64,000 nt of DNA, taken from the NCBI GenBank assembly GCA_041666185.1, contig JBAYHL010000001.1, positions 69,073 through 133,072 of the forward strand, read 5' to 3'. Shown in pieces: positions 7,651 to 18,426 of the stretch. The position numbers and the translations under genes were made by a program. The notes below the pieces were generated by a model, which searched no databases, was not told the origin of the DNA, and worked only from the letters and a program-made list of their open reading frames with translations. The DNA is from Patescibacteria group bacterium. GTDB lineage: Bacteria; Patescibacteriota; UBA1384; UBA12157; JAENIV01. Positions within the stretch are counted from its first letter, which is position 1, and each line of letters begins with the position of its first letter.

Positions 7651-9783
7651 ATGCCTAATTCACCAGAATTTAGTTTTGCCAATATAGCTGAAGGAGGATC
7701 GGGAGGAAAAGAGCCGGTTCAACTCCAAGAAGACCCAAAAACAGAGCTGCCCAAAGCTCCGATTTTGGAAGACGAAGATTCTATATCGTATCTTGGAGTT
7801 AAGCTAGAGAAATCCCATGTCTCCAGTGCTTTCGTGCCGGAAAGAGAAAAATACACCGACTATATCAATGATAAATTTTCACTTGAATTGCAACAAAAAA
7901 TTGCGGTCTCGATGCTTCAGGGTGATCCGATACTTATTGAGGGCGGAACAAGTATTGGAAAAACTACCACTGTTAGAAAGATGTGCGCCGAGTTGGGATA
8001 TGAAGTGCATTACGCAAACCTAAACGGCGCGACTGATGTTGAAGATTTGATGGGCAGATATATCCCCAATCCTCACAAGACCAATCCCGAGGATCCTGAA
8101 TATGTTTTTGCTGACGGCAAGGTTACTTCGGGGCTTCGCAAAGAAGAAGGGAAAAAGAAAATCATCATTTTAGATGAGTTCAATGCTTCAGCTCCAAATA
8201 TCTTGATTCGTCTTCATGAAGTAATAGATGCACTAGAGCGGGGCGGCGAAGTTGTTTTATCCGAGGATGCTTCAGAAGTTGTGCATGTTAGTCATGAAGA
8301 TACAAAGATAATTGCTCTTACAAATCCTCCAGGAAAGGGTTATTTTGGCAGAGAACCTCTTGATCCTGCGCAGTTACGAAGATGGGTTTACCAAAAGGAA
8401 GTTACTGAACTACCGGATAGCACATTTGCTTTTTCAACAGAGGCTTTGTTTGGCATTGGCAGTAGAACTGAAGAAATTCCTGATAGTCTTTATTTAGATT
8501 CACCCGATCAAGCTATTTCACGCGAACAACTAGCAGAAATCTCTGGAATGAAAGAGATACTAGACAAGTATCAGGAATTTCACAAAGCAGCAAAGGAACT
8601 CATTAAACAGAGAATGGTTGCTGCAGACCAGCCCCAGCCGTTTACTTTTGACGACAGAATGGAACCACACAGAATTAGTCGGTTTGTTGCACGTTTTTAT
8701 AATGGCGATATCAACGAAACTTTTCAAAGAGGCCTACGATATTATTATGTTAATAAGCTAGAAAATTCAGAGGACAGACAAAAACTTGAGGAATTGATTA
8801 GTCATGTCTCGTGTACCCCTGCCGTAGACTCTAGAAGACGGGCTATCGGCGAACCTGAAACAAAGACTCCGGAAAGCGCACTAAAAACAAGAGCTGAAAA
8901 AGAGATCGAAGATATAATGTCCAGTTCTGAAATACCAGATTCAGTTAAGGCGGCACTTGCCGGAAAAGAGACGCCACTATCCAGCGAGATATTAGAACAA
9001 ATGAAGGAAGCTAAAGAGATTTTTGGGAATGATTTTCTTGGTCCAGAGGAAGTCAAAGCCGCTTTCTTGGATCAAGTGGAGATCTCTGAAGTTCCATCGA
9101 TTCCATTCTCGAAAGAAGAGCTTGAAAAAGCTCGCGAGCTGGAGCAAATGCTTATCTTACGAGTTGATAAAGCCAAGGATGGTTCAGACCTCACTATGGA
9201 AAAAATTCATGGCCTTCTTAATGGCAAAATCAAAGATGAGGCAAAAGTTTTATACAGCGTCGATTGGTATAAAGATGAAGAATTCTATAAAAAAGATAAG
9301 CCGGAAGTTACTTGGGCGCTTGTCTCCAAAGAAGCTGTGCCGGATTCCTCTGATAAAAATTATCTTGAACAAACTGAAACATTAGCCAACTATTTAAGAA
9401 ACGAAGTGTTTAAAACATTGATAATGCCAGCCAAATACGGTGAAGCCCTCAGGGAATTCGAAAAGGAAAAAGCTTCAATTGCCAGGATTGTTGAAAGCGA
9501 CAAAGAATCAGAATGGAAAGAGGCAGCTCGCAAGCTTGAGGCATTGAAGCTTAATCAACTTACTCGGCAATCCCCAACCGAAGCGCTATATGATTTAATA
9601 GTTCGCTATCAGCAGACAGGCGAGAGATTGATGGAAAATATGTATACTTGGACTAAGCGCCGTGATTCCGGTGGCGGCCTGGTCTGTGTTGGCCGCTTCG
9701 AGTCCGTTGGTGTCCGCGTCGGCGGGGGCAGGCCTGGCGATTGGAGTGGCATTCTTGGCGTTTCTTTCTCCCGCAGTCTATGA
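7651..9783 (+). CDS. MoxR/AAA_5-type AAA+ ATPase fused to a C-terminal DGR variable C-type-lectin/FGE-like domain (DGR target 1)
   Basis: It has Walker A GGTSIGKT, Walker B IIILDEFNASAP and a MoxR-like sensor region. The last about 40 codons form VR1 and differ from the template repeat at adenines. Confidence 0.75.
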   Translation: MPNSPEFSFANIAEGGSGGKEPVQLQEDPKTELPKAPILEDEDSISYLGVKLEKSHVSSAFVPEREKYTDYINDKFSLELQQKIAVSMLQGDPILIEGGTSIGKTTTVRKMCAELGYEVHYANLNGATDVEDLMGRYIPNPHKTNPEDPEYVFADGKVTSGLRKEEGKKKIIILDEFNASAPNILIRLHEVIDALERGGEVVLSEDASEVVHVSHEDTKIIALTNPPGKGYFGREPLDPAQLRRWVYQKEVTELPDSTFAFSTEALFGIGSRTEEIPDSLYLDSPDQAISREQLAEISGMKEILDKYQEFHKAAKELIKQRMVAADQPQPFTFDDRMEPHRISRFVARFYNGDINETFQRGLRYYYVNKLENSEDRQKLEELISHVSCTPAVDSRRRAIGEPETKTPESALKTRAEKEIEDIMSSSEIPDSVKAALAGKETPLSSEILEQMKEAKEIFGNDFLGPEEVKAAFLDQVEISEVPSIPFSKEELEKARELEQMLILRVDKAKDGSDLTMEKIHGLLNGKIKDEAKVLYSVDWYKDEEFYKKDKPEVTWALVSKEAVPDSSDKNYLEQTETLANYLRNEVFKTLIMPAKYGEALREFEKEKASIARIVESDKESEWKEAARKLEALKLNQLTRQSPTEALYDLIVRYQQTGERLMENMYTWTKRRDSGGGLVCVGRFESVGVRVGGGRPGDWSGILGVSFSRSL
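9655..9780 (+). repeat. DGR variable repeat VR1
   Basis: About 125 nt align to the template repeat (11428-11552). Roughly 22 substitutions all fall at template adenines, plus a single non-A difference. The 3' end CTTGGCGTTTCTTTCTCCCGCAGTC is IMH-like. Confidence 0.8.
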
Positions 9784-9811
9784 GCCTTTGAACTTTGGTA
9801 TTTGAGACTTT

Positions 9812-9834
9812 GATTCCGCCGAAGGCGGTCGACA
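9812..9834 (+). other. GC hairpin (CCGCCGAAGGCGG) downstream of VR1, typical DGR target-site hairpin / terminator
   Basis: The same hairpin recurs after VR2. Confidence 0.6.
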
Positions 9835-9866
9835 TAAAAAATTTTATACAATTAAAGGCAAAAAAT

Positions 9867-10856
9867 ATGAGTGAATTTGGTCCATCACCACAATCAGAAG
9901 AAGAAAAAGAAGAACAAGGTGTTTCTCTAGCAAAGGAAATAGCTGATCTTAGAAGTGGTGCCCAAACAGATGAAGATTATGAAAATATTTTGCGTAAAAC
10001 CAAAGTGCTAAAAGAACTGTTTGGGATTTCTTCATGGGATACTGCTTCAGATGAAACTAAATTATCAGGCGAAATAGCTGAACAAATTGAAAGAGCTAAA
10101 GAAATATTAGGAAGTGATGTTTTTGGGCCAGATGCAGTAAAAGAAGCCTTTGGCACTGCAATTGAATTAGGCAGTATTCCCTCGATTCCATTTTCAGTAA
10201 ATGAACTTGAAAGAGCAAAAGAACTCGGCCAGATGCTCATTTTGAGAGCCGGCAAATTGTCTGATGGAAGCAAACTAAATATGAAAAAGATCGGTGAAAT
10301 TTTGGGTGGTAAAGTTAAAGATGAGGGTAAGGTTTTTTATAATCCCGATTGGTACAAAGATGAAAAATTTTTTACAGACGATGCTGTTGAAACCGGTTGG
10401 GCATTGGTCTCTAAAGGGTTAGTATCTGATTCTGTCAATAAAAACTATTTTGAACAAACCGGACTCTTAATCGATCAACTTAATCAGTCTTTTAATGGTG
10501 CTGAAAACTTACCAGAAGAGTATGTTGAGGCAGTGAAAGAATATGCTTTTGCTATGGACGAGATCGCGGAATTAATTGATACTGATTGGCAAAAAGCGGC
10601 TGAGAAATTAGAAGGCCTGGAGATTAATCAATTATTACGTCAATCTCCATCCGAAGCGCTATATGACTTAATTCTCTATTTTCAAAACACAGGGAAAAGA
10701 TTGCTTGGCGATAAATATACTTGGACTAAGCGCCGTAATTCCGATGGCCGCCTGGTCTATGTTGGCTACTTCGAGTCCGCTGGTGTCAGCGTCGGCAGGT
10801 ACAGGCCTGGCTATTCGCGTGGCGATCTTGGCGTTTCTTTCTCCCGCAGTCGTTGA
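9867..10856 (+). CDS. DGR target protein 2, C-type-lectin/FGE-like variable protein (paralog of the C-terminal half of the MoxR fusion)
   Basis: It is about 55% identical at the protein level to residues 430-710 of the upstream gene. The C-terminus is VR2. The alternative start at 9795 lies inside the VR1 hairpin, so I rejected it. Confidence 0.7.
   Translation: MSEFGPSPQSEEEKEEQGVSLAKEIADLRSGAQTDEDYENILRKTKVLKELFGISSWDTASDETKLSGEIAEQIERAKEILGSDVFGPDAVKEAFGTAIELGSIPSIPFSVNELERAKELGQMLILRAGKLSDGSKLNMKKIGEILGGKVKDEGKVFYNPDWYKDEKFFTDDAVETGWALVSKGLVSDSVNKNYFEQTGLLIDQLNQSFNGAENLPEEYVEAVKEYAFAMDEIAELIDTDWQKAAEKLEGLEINQLLRQSPSEALYDLILYFQNTGKRLLGDKYTWTKRRNSDGRLVYVGYFESAGVSVGRYRPGYSRGDLGVSFSRSR
10728..10851 (+). 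repeat. DGR variable repeat VR2
   Basis: It aligns to the template repeat and every internal difference falls at a template adenine (about 16 sites). Confidence 0.8.
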
Positions 10857-10888
10857 GTCTTTGAGCCTTGAACTCTGAAACTTTGATT

Positions 10889-10916
10889 CCGCCGAAGGCG
10901 GTCGGTATTTTTTTGT
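10889..10916 (+). terminator. GC hairpin CCGCCGAAGGCGG plus T-tract downstream of VR2
   Basis: Hairpin followed by TATTTTTTTG. Confidence 0.6.
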
Positions 10917-11050
10917 GCTCTTGGATTGCTAAAACTCGGTTGCTATGTTACTATTGATTTCGGGCTTATGAAGTTAAGTTCAAGGATTTAACTCGCCTAT
11001 TAATAGACTGCTTACACTTTTCTGGCCCCTTATTTGTTATTTTCTAAACT

Positions 11051-11335
11051 ATGTATTATGTTTATGTTTTAAAAAGCCAGAAAGACAAGCGCCTTCACAT
11101 CGGTTACACAAATGACTTACGCCGTTGTATGGAAGCGCATCGTGATGGCAAAATTGCTGCTACAAAAGATAGAATGCCGCTTGAGCTAGTTTATTACGAA
11201 GCGTACAAGTCGGTCACTGACGCGAGAAAAAGAGAGAAGGATTTGAAATTATTCGGCAGTTCTTATTCTCGTCTCAAAAGAAAAATTAATAATAGCATCA
11301 AAGACAAGATTAAAACTAGTGAAGATACTAAATAA
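11051..11335 (+). CDS. GIY-YIG nuclease-domain small protein
   Basis: YVYVLKS...GYTNDLRRCMEAHR matches the GIY-YIG signature. Confidence 0.65.
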   Translation: MYYVYVLKSQKDKRLHIGYTNDLRRCMEAHRDGKIAATKDRMPLELVYYEAYKSVTDARKREKDLKLFGSSYSRLKRKINNSIKDKIKTSEDTK

Positions 11336-11427
11336 GGGGCACATACTTATACAAGCGATTGTCTTTCGCCGGTGATTTGGTTTTAGAGCGAATTACAAAG
11401 CTAGTGCATTGATGGAAAAGTGTAAAG

Positions 11428-11552
11428 AAACGCCGTAATTCCGATGGCAACCTGGTCTATGTTGGCAACTTCAAGTCCGATGGTGTCAACGTCAACAGGA
11501 ACAGGCCTGACAATTCGAATGACAATCTTGGCGTTTCTTTCTCCCGAAGTCT
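11428..11552 (+). repeat. DGR template repeat (TR)
   Basis: It is rich in AAC/AAT codons at positions that vary in VR1 and VR2. It is non-coding as placed and carries a 3' IMH-like segment. Confidence 0.8.
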
Positions 11553-11912
11553 AAAAACAAAAAGGGCTGTCTTGCTAAGAGGACGACCCTTTTTGCTCTA
11601 TATGTTCTAATTTTTTGTAGTTTTTATCCAGCCACCAAGCATTTTACCGATCTCAATTAAAGGCTCGGAAAGTCGTAAAAATTTTTTGTTATCAATTGCC
11701 TTGATATCAAGCAATGCCTTAATTAAAGTTTGCAATATTTTAAGTTTTGTATCGACGGATTGTAAAACGGCGAGACGATTTTGCCCGTATTTTGCGTTTG
11801 CTTCATACAGCATTTCTAAAATATTTAAAGCTGTATTTTCGCATTTGGCCCCAATTGTATACCTATCCTTCTTAGGAATAGTCTCAATAGTGCTGTATAA
11901 ACACAAGTAAAA

Positions 11913-12599
<687 letters not shown>

Positions 12600-12612
12600 T
12601 TTAACAAGTCAG

Positions 12613-13053
12613 TTGTTCTCAAATATATATCTCAATCCGCTCGATCAGTTTATTAAAAGAGACCTTAAAGAAAAATATTACATTCGCTATGCTGATGATT
12701 TTGTGATTTTGAGTTGTGATCGGGATCATTTAGAGAATCTTATCCCAATATTAAGGTCATTTCTTACTGATGATCTTAAGCTAGAATTGCACCCAGATAA
12801 GATTATCTTGCAAAAATGGAGCCAAGGAATCGACTTTCTAGGATATGTAATTTTTCCATACCATACTGTGCTACGAACAAAAACGAAACAAAGAATGATG
12901 AGAAAAATAAGGAATAATTGCTATCTTTTGAAAGAAGGCCGTATGTCTAGAGAGGCTTTTAATCAAGCTCTGCAATCATATATAGGAATTTTGAAACATT
13001 GCCGCTCTCACGTGTTACGCGATAAGATTGAAACCATCGTTAAAGAAGTCTGA
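12613..13053 (+). CDS. DGR reverse transcriptase, C-terminal part (PLGNLTSQ DGR signature, YADD catalytic motif, thumb); frame +1 relative to N-terminal part
   Basis: The frame is open from 12565 (AFGRGTPLGNLTSQLFSNIYL...) and includes YADDF. Confidence 0.7.
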   Translation: MFSNIYLNPLDQFIKRDLKEKYYIRYADDFVILSCDRDHLENLIPILRSFLTDDLKLELHPDKIILQKWSQGIDFLGYVIFPYHTVLRTKTKQRMMRKIRNNCYLLKEGRMSREAFNQALQSYIGILKHCRSHVLRDKIETIVKEV

Positions 13054-13108
13054 GTACATGATTTAATATTATCGGTCTCTTATAGTAATAAATGTTTAGT
13101 GAAGTTGG

Positions 13109-13429
13109 TTAATTTTCCCCAAAAATCAATTTCATGCATTTGTCATGTTCTTCCTCATAAGTTTTTTCATCAAGAAAATCATTGTCTCTTAAATACGTCA
13201 GAGCGTTTGGAAATATTGCTTGTAATCCTTTGCGGGTGTCTGCTTTTGGATATTTTCTGATTAAAACTTCTATGCGTTCAGATAAATTCTTCTCGCGCGA
13301 TAACGGCGATCGCTCAAAAAATAATTGTTCAAATAAAAAAGATTCGGGAAATTTTTTACTATTCGCTCCGAGTATTTTTTCTTTCCATTGATTCAATTGT
13401 TGTTGGTCTAATTGTGGTATTTCTTTCAT
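13109..13429 (-). CDS. Hypothetical protein (106 aa)
   Basis: ORF only. Confidence 0.35.
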   Translation of the reverse strand: MKEIPQLDQQQLNQWKEKILGANSKKFPESFLFEQLFFERSPLSREKNLSERIEVLIRKYPKADTRKGLQAIFPNALTYLRDNDFLDEKTYEEEHDKCMKLIFGEN

Positions 13430-13587
13430 AGTTTCTTTTCATTTATAGTCCAATTAATTAAATCGGGCAATACAAAAATTTTTGCAAACTGTTTGTTCTT
13501 TGAATCAAAATCACCCCTCTTTCTTATTTTAATACGGAAAGTATAATTACCAATAGACCAAGTGATTAATGTTATTGCTGTTTATTA

Positions 13588-14733
13588 TTGTTGAATAAAT
13601 TCTACAATAATGTTAAAAAATTAACAAAGGATATAATGCGGAAAGATTCTGTTAATAACCTGAAAAATAAAAGAGAGCATATAAGCAAACGACTCCGTTT
13701 TAAAATTTTTGAACGAGATCAATTTAAGTGTGTTTATTGTGGTAGTGGCATCGAAATGGGTTTAACTCTTCACATTGACCATATAATTCCTGTTTCTAAA
13801 GGCGGAACTAATGAGGAAGCCAATTTAGTCACAGCCTGCGACCAATGTAATCTTGGTAAAGGAGCAAAAATAATTGGAGCGGATAAAATTCCTAACATTA
13901 AAGAAGTAAATGAAGCGCTAACAAAAGAAATTAAACTGAATACAGAGCGAAGGGAACAACTTAAACAATATTATCATTATAAAGAAAAACTCCAGAATAT
14001 AAAGAATCCAGAACAAGATGCGTTCAATGATATTTTAAAGAGAAGGCTTGGCTACTCCTTAACTTCTGTCGAGTTTAAACAATTTAAAAGGCTGCATGAT
14101 AAATGTGGCTTGGATCTTGTCATTGAAGGAATTGGAATTGTTGCCGAGAAAGACAGAGACTGGGCATCTTCCGAGCAGAAGCACAGATACCTCTGTGGAG
14201 TTTTATATAATTTATTTCGCGAGAAAACTGATCCGCTCTACAATCCTGAAAGAGAGGTTAAATATTATTATCTTAATCACAAAAATAACAGCGGCAGCGT
14301 ATATTATGTGGATTGGAAAATTAAGCCATATATCCAGAAACTAGAGCTTCCTAAGATAAAAGAGTTAATAGACGACACATTTTCAGAAGGGAGAGATGGC
14401 TATTTTAGGTACTTTATTGAACAGTGTAAGGATGCTCTCTTGTTAATTGAAGAAGAGAAGAAAGCTAAGGAATTTTATCTAACTCATCCAAATAAAATCC
14501 AGGATGATATTTATAACAGTGATAAAATTAGGTATTTTATTGAGATTTTAGGATTAGATCGTGTGTTGGAATTAATGGGACAGGCCCTAAAGGATTATGA
14601 AACCCCGGAAGTCAGAAATCATATTCAAGTCAACCATGATGGCAAGCCCTTTAATTACTTAATGGAAACGTGCGAGATATTTGAATGGGATGAGATAGAA
14701 AAGAAAAATGGCAGAGTCGGAATCCCATTCTAA
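13588..14733 (+). CDS. HNH endonuclease-domain protein with large C-terminal extension
   Basis: CVYCG...HIDHIIPVSKGG...ACDQCN matches the HNH motif. Confidence 0.6.
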   Translation: MLNKFYNNVKKLTKDIMRKDSVNNLKNKREHISKRLRFKIFERDQFKCVYCGSGIEMGLTLHIDHIIPVSKGGTNEEANLVTACDQCNLGKGAKIIGADKIPNIKEVNEALTKEIKLNTERREQLKQYYHYKEKLQNIKNPEQDAFNDILKRRLGYSLTSVEFKQFKRLHDKCGLDLVIEGIGIVAEKDRDWASSEQKHRYLCGVLYNLFREKTDPLYNPEREVKYYYLNHKNNSGSVYYVDWKIKPYIQKLELPKIKELIDDTFSEGRDGYFRYFIEQCKDALLLIEEEKKAKEFYLTHPNKIQDDIYNSDKIRYFIEILGLDRVLELMGQALKDYETPEVRNHIQVNHDGKPFNYLMETCEIFEWDEIEKKNGRVGIPF

Positions 14734-15461
14734 ATAAATTGCTTTATTATATTCATTATTATTCTAATGCCCTTCAACCCTAATATCATAATCCTGAAGT
14801 TTAAAATAAACCACCATCCTAGCACAGGCAAAACAAAACCAGTGAAAAATGCCCGTACTTTCAGCTTACTGCATTGCTTAGAGTTGACAACAAGGCTTCG
14901 ATGCATTCGCTCGTATTTGTCTTTATAACCTTCAGCGAGCTTTTTGTTTGCGCCAAGGTAAGCCATTACTTCCTTAGCTGCTTTCTCGTCGAAAGTCCTT
15001 CTCATCATTTCCCGACTGTTTCTCTGCGAAAGGATATTTAAGCTCCCTTCCCAAAGTATTTTTCGATCAATGATCGCCACCTTTTCATGAATCGACCCTT
15101 GGAGATAGAAAATGCAGGCTCCCATCTCCTCATAATCTTTTAAAGCGCATTGGATTTCTGCTCTCATAAAATACTCGTGCTCTTCGATCGGTCTGGTGAA
15201 TATAAAGACTGCGATATTTCTTCGTCTAAGCTTATTGAGCGTATCGCTGAAAAAATCTGAACGAAATTTTGAGATGAAAGGGCTGTAAATAATGAGTTCT
15301 TTTTCGGCATTCAGCATATCTTTGATGAATGATCGGTAAAATGTCTTTTCATTATATAAAGAGATGGCGGTTTTTGATTTTTCTTTTCCTCTTTGCTGTT
15401 CGGCCTGGATCATAGCGTCTCTATGCTTTAAGTAATCTTTGAACGATGGGTTTTTGTACAT
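14730..15461 (-). CDS. Phospholipase D-like (HxK(x)4D) nuclease-family protein with C-terminal hydrophobic segment
   Basis: HEKVAIID matches HxKxxxxD. Confidence 0.55.
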   Translation of the reverse strand: MYKNPSFKDYLKHRDAMIQAEQQRGKEKSKTAISLYNEKTFYRSFIKDMLNAEKELIIYSPFISKFRSDFFSDTLNKLRRRNIAVFIFTRPIEEHEYFMRAEIQCALKDYEEMGACIFYLQGSIHEKVAIIDRKILWEGSLNILSQRNSREMMRRTFDEKAAKEVMAYLGANKKLAEGYKDKYERMHRSLVVNSKQCSKLKVRAFFTGFVLPVLGWWFILNFRIMILGLKGIRIIMNIIKQFI

Positions 15462-15510
15462 ATTCCTCCTTACATTGTGGTTATTTTATTGTTTGTGTTA
15501 TACTCGGTTT

Positions 15511-15711
15511 ATGAATGAACAAGAAACAAAAGACATATTTATCAATCCATTTTATGCAATTAATATCTCGCCATCCCTTTTGACAGAGCATGAACCGATG
15601 GTTTCTAAAGAAAAGTGGGTCAAAGTGAACGCTAAATTGATTGATGAACTTGGTAAAGAAGAATGGCTTAAGCAGTTGCTTTCAGTTTTAGAATCCGGAT
15701 CTGTTAAATAG
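15511..15711 (+). CDS. Small hypothetical protein
   Basis: ORF only. Confidence 0.25.
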   Translation: MNEQETKDIFINPFYAINISPSLLTEHEPMVSKEKWVKVNAKLIDELGKEEWLKQLLSVLESGSVK

Positions 15712-15795
15712 CTTCGTTGTACTGGTATTTTGTCGCAATGAGATTGATTTTAATTGTATTAAAGGGTTTTATTAACCGAGAATAGGAGAAGTGTA

Positions 15796-16113
15796 ATGAA
15801 ATACATTTTAGTCACTACGACACTTGGCTTCAAAGGAGACGCTGACATGTTAGCGCAAACCGTTATGGAAAAGAAATTGGGTACTTGTTGTCAAATCGAC
15901 AAGGTTGAAAGTTCTTATCTATCGAAAGGAAAAATCGAGAACAAAGGGGCTGGTGAAGTTAGGATGAGCATCATAACAAAAGCAAATCTGTACAAAGAGT
16001 TGGAAACTCTTATTATAAATGACAATGTGAACGAAATTCCAGAAATAATAGCCGTGCCAATTATTGATGGCTCTACTCAATATCTAAATTGTATAGAAAG
16101 CGAACTTAAATAG
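15796..16113 (+). CDS. cutA: CutA1 divalent-cation tolerance family protein
   Basis: Length and the EIPEIIAVPI-like C-terminal motif fit the family. An AGGAG RBS is present. Confidence 0.6.
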   Translation: MKYILVTTTLGFKGDADMLAQTVMEKKLGTCCQIDKVESSYLSKGKIENKGAGEVRMSIITKANLYKELETLIINDNVNEIPEIIAVPIIDGSTQYLNCIESELK

Positions 16114-16233
16114 TATCATTCGGCATAAAGTTATTTACCACTAGATCAAGTTTCAGTTCTATAATCCGGCTCTGAAAAACAACTTCTCTCTTAAATACTG
16201 GTATTTTGACTTAAAATCTGTTATATTTTTGTC

Positions 16234-16449
16234 ATGAATCATGATGCTGATAAAATTCTTAAGGATTTAGGTGAAAACCTGAGGACACAGAGGGAAAAGT
16301 CTCACTTAACTCAGTCTGAAGTTGCAACTAGAGCGGGCATAGATGTAAATTACTATGCTCGGATTGAACGAGGGTTGGGAAACCCCTCTTATGTTAAATT
16401 GCACAGTATCATGAAAGCCCTGAAGATGGCGTCGCTAAAAGTACAGTAG
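16234..16449 (+). CDS. XRE-family helix-turn-helix transcriptional regulator
   Basis: LTQSEVATRAGIDVNYYARIERG forms an HTH. Confidence 0.6.
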   Translation: MNHDADKILKDLGENLRTQREKSHLTQSEVATRAGIDVNYYARIERGLGNPSYVKLHSIMKALKMASLKVQ

Positions 16450-16566
16450 TTATTCTACTGTTTGATATACTTTCATAATCTGGTCAACCCAGCTTAAAAG
16501 GTGTTCAAAATAACTTGCATCAGGGCGACCAAATATAATCATTAAAATATAGTAAGAGGAGGAAAG

Positions 16567-16821
16567 ATGAAAAAAGAGTTTAGTGCTCAAGAAGCCAAAG
16601 AAATTGGCGGACAATTAGGAATTGATTGGAGCAAATTTAACATCGAACAATTTAGAATGGGTCTCGATGTTGAATTAGAACATGGCTTAGTCGATCCTCA
16701 CACTAATGTTACTAACGACGACCCAATAATGACTGGCAAGATTGCTCTCGCCCATTTAAATGAGTTTGCTGATTATTATACCAGACTTAGCAAAATGGAA
16801 AAAGAAGCCGAAGCAAAATAG
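16567..16821 (+). CDS. Conserved hypothetical small protein (ELEHG motif)
   Basis: Strong RBS AAGAGGAGG. Confidence 0.45.
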   Translation: MKKEFSAQEAKEIGGQLGIDWSKFNIEQFRMGLDVELEHGLVDPHTNVTNDDPIMTGKIALAHLNEFADYYTRLSKMEKEAEAK

Positions 16822-16827
16822 CTCGAA

Positions 16828-18375
16828 TTACTTCGCAAATTCAATTGCCCTAGTCTCACGGATAACATTGACTTTAATTGTTCCAGGATATTGAAGATCT
16901 TCTTCAATTTTTTTAGCAATATCTTTAGAAAGTTTAATCGCTGTTAAATCATCGATCTCTTCTGGCTTAACAATAATTCTTACTTCTCTACCAGCTTGAA
17001 TCGCGTAAGATTTTTCCACACCAGAAAATGAATTGGCAATATTTTCTAATTCAGTTAGACGTTTAACATAGCTCTCTAATGTTTCTCTTCTAGCGCCAGG
17101 CCTTGAAGATGAGATTGCATCAGCGGCTTTAACGATAATTGCCTCAACACTCTTTGGTTCAATATCATCATGATGAGAAGCAATTGCGTCGCAAATACCT
17201 TCAGAAATACCATATTTTTTACAAATATCAACACTAATGTGATGATGCGCACCAGGAACTTCATGGTCAACCGCTTTACCAATGTCATGCAAAAGCGAAG
17301 CTTTTTTAGCTAAATTAACATCAGCTCCTAATTCCGAAGCCAGCATGCTCGCGATAAAGGCTGATTCAATTGAATGTTGTAAAACATTTTGACCATACGA
17401 TGTTCGAAATTTCAATCGGCCCAAAATTTTTAATAAGTCTGGATGAAGACCAGCAACACCAACTTCGTACGCCGCCTGTTCTCCAGCTTCTTTTATTTCC
17501 TGACCAATTTCTTCTTTAGCTTTTTTAACCACTTCTTCGATTCTTGTAGGATGAATGCGACCATCGGCAATTAATTTCTCTAAAGCCACTTTGGCAACAT
17601 GACGACGAATCGGATCAAAAGCAGAAATTACTACTGTATCAGGCGTATCATCAATAATTAAATCTGTACCAGTTTCCTTTTCAAAAATTTGAATATTACG
17701 GCCTTCACGACCAATAATTCTTCCCTTCATTTCATCAGATGGTAAGCTAACGGCCGTCGTAGTAGTTTCAACCGTGTGATCAGAAGACAACCTTTGAATC
17801 ACAGTTGAAAGTATTTCGCGAGCAGCTGCTTGAGCTTCTTCTCTCGCAATTTCTTTTTGTTCTTTAATTTTCCTAATTAAATCTTCTTTGTATTCTTTTT
17901 CAATCTGATCAAGAAGAATTTTTAAAGCATCGTCTTTACTAAGCTTGGTGATCTTTTCCAAAGCTTTTCGTTGGTGATCTTTAATCTCAGCAATTTCTTG
18001 TTTAATTTTTTCGATTTCTTTTTCCTTAGTAACAATGTTGTTTTTTTCTGTTTCTAGTGATTCTAATCGCTTATCAAACATTTCCTCGCGACGGCGAAGA
18101 TTTTTTTCTAGATCTTGTAAATCCCTACGAGCTCTTTCTTCTTCTTTTTTTGCTTCTTCCTTAATCTTTAAAGCTTCGTCTTTAGCCTTAAGTAGTAGTT
18201 CTTTTTGTTTTTGTTCCTGACTTTCGTATTTCTTTCGAGCAATAAAAATTCTTGCCGTATAACCAATCGCTCCCCCACCGACTACGGCAGCAGCCAAATA
18301 AATAATTAAATTGTACATTGTAATATTTCTCCATAAACTATTCTGCGACTTGTCGCAGAATATCTCTGCGAGCAA
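16828..18375 (-). CDS. rny: Ribonuclease Y
   Basis: It has an N-terminal TM helix, a coiled coil, a KH domain and an HD domain (HDIGK...). Confidence 0.9.
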   Translation of the reverse strand: MLAEIFCDKSQNSLWRNITMYNLIIYLAAAVVGGGAIGYTARIFIARKKYESQEQKQKELLLKAKDEALKIKEEAKKEEERARRDLQDLEKNLRRREEMFDKRLESLETEKNNIVTKEKEIEKIKQEIAEIKDHQRKALEKITKLSKDDALKILLDQIEKEYKEDLIRKIKEQKEIAREEAQAAAREILSTVIQRLSSDHTVETTTTAVSLPSDEMKGRIIGREGRNIQIFEKETGTDLIIDDTPDTVVISAFDPIRRHVAKVALEKLIADGRIHPTRIEEVVKKAKEEIGQEIKEAGEQAAYEVGVAGLHPDLLKILGRLKFRTSYGQNVLQHSIESAFIASMLASELGADVNLAKKASLLHDIGKAVDHEVPGAHHHISVDICKKYGISEGICDAIASHHDDIEPKSVEAIIVKAADAISSSRPGARRETLESYVKRLTELENIANSFSGVEKSYAIQAGREVRIIVKPEEIDDLTAIKLSKDIAKKIEEDLQYPGTIKVNVIRETRAIEFAK

Positions 18376-18426
18376 GTTTGTATTAATATCTCCATTTGAT
18401 ATTTTAGCAAATTTTCTGCCTAAAAG

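Noticed and set aside
9795-9866. Upstream start of the second DGR target at 9795
   Set aside because: That ATG lies inside the VR1 hairpin and terminator. The ATG at 9867 gives a protein that aligns with the paralogous domain start.
11428-11552. Interpreting the third copy as a decayed third variable-repeat pseudogene
   Set aside because: It is non-coding in context, and it holds Asn codons (AAC/AAT) exactly where the other two vary, so it is the invariant template. A decayed variable repeat would show random, not adenine-restricted, differences.
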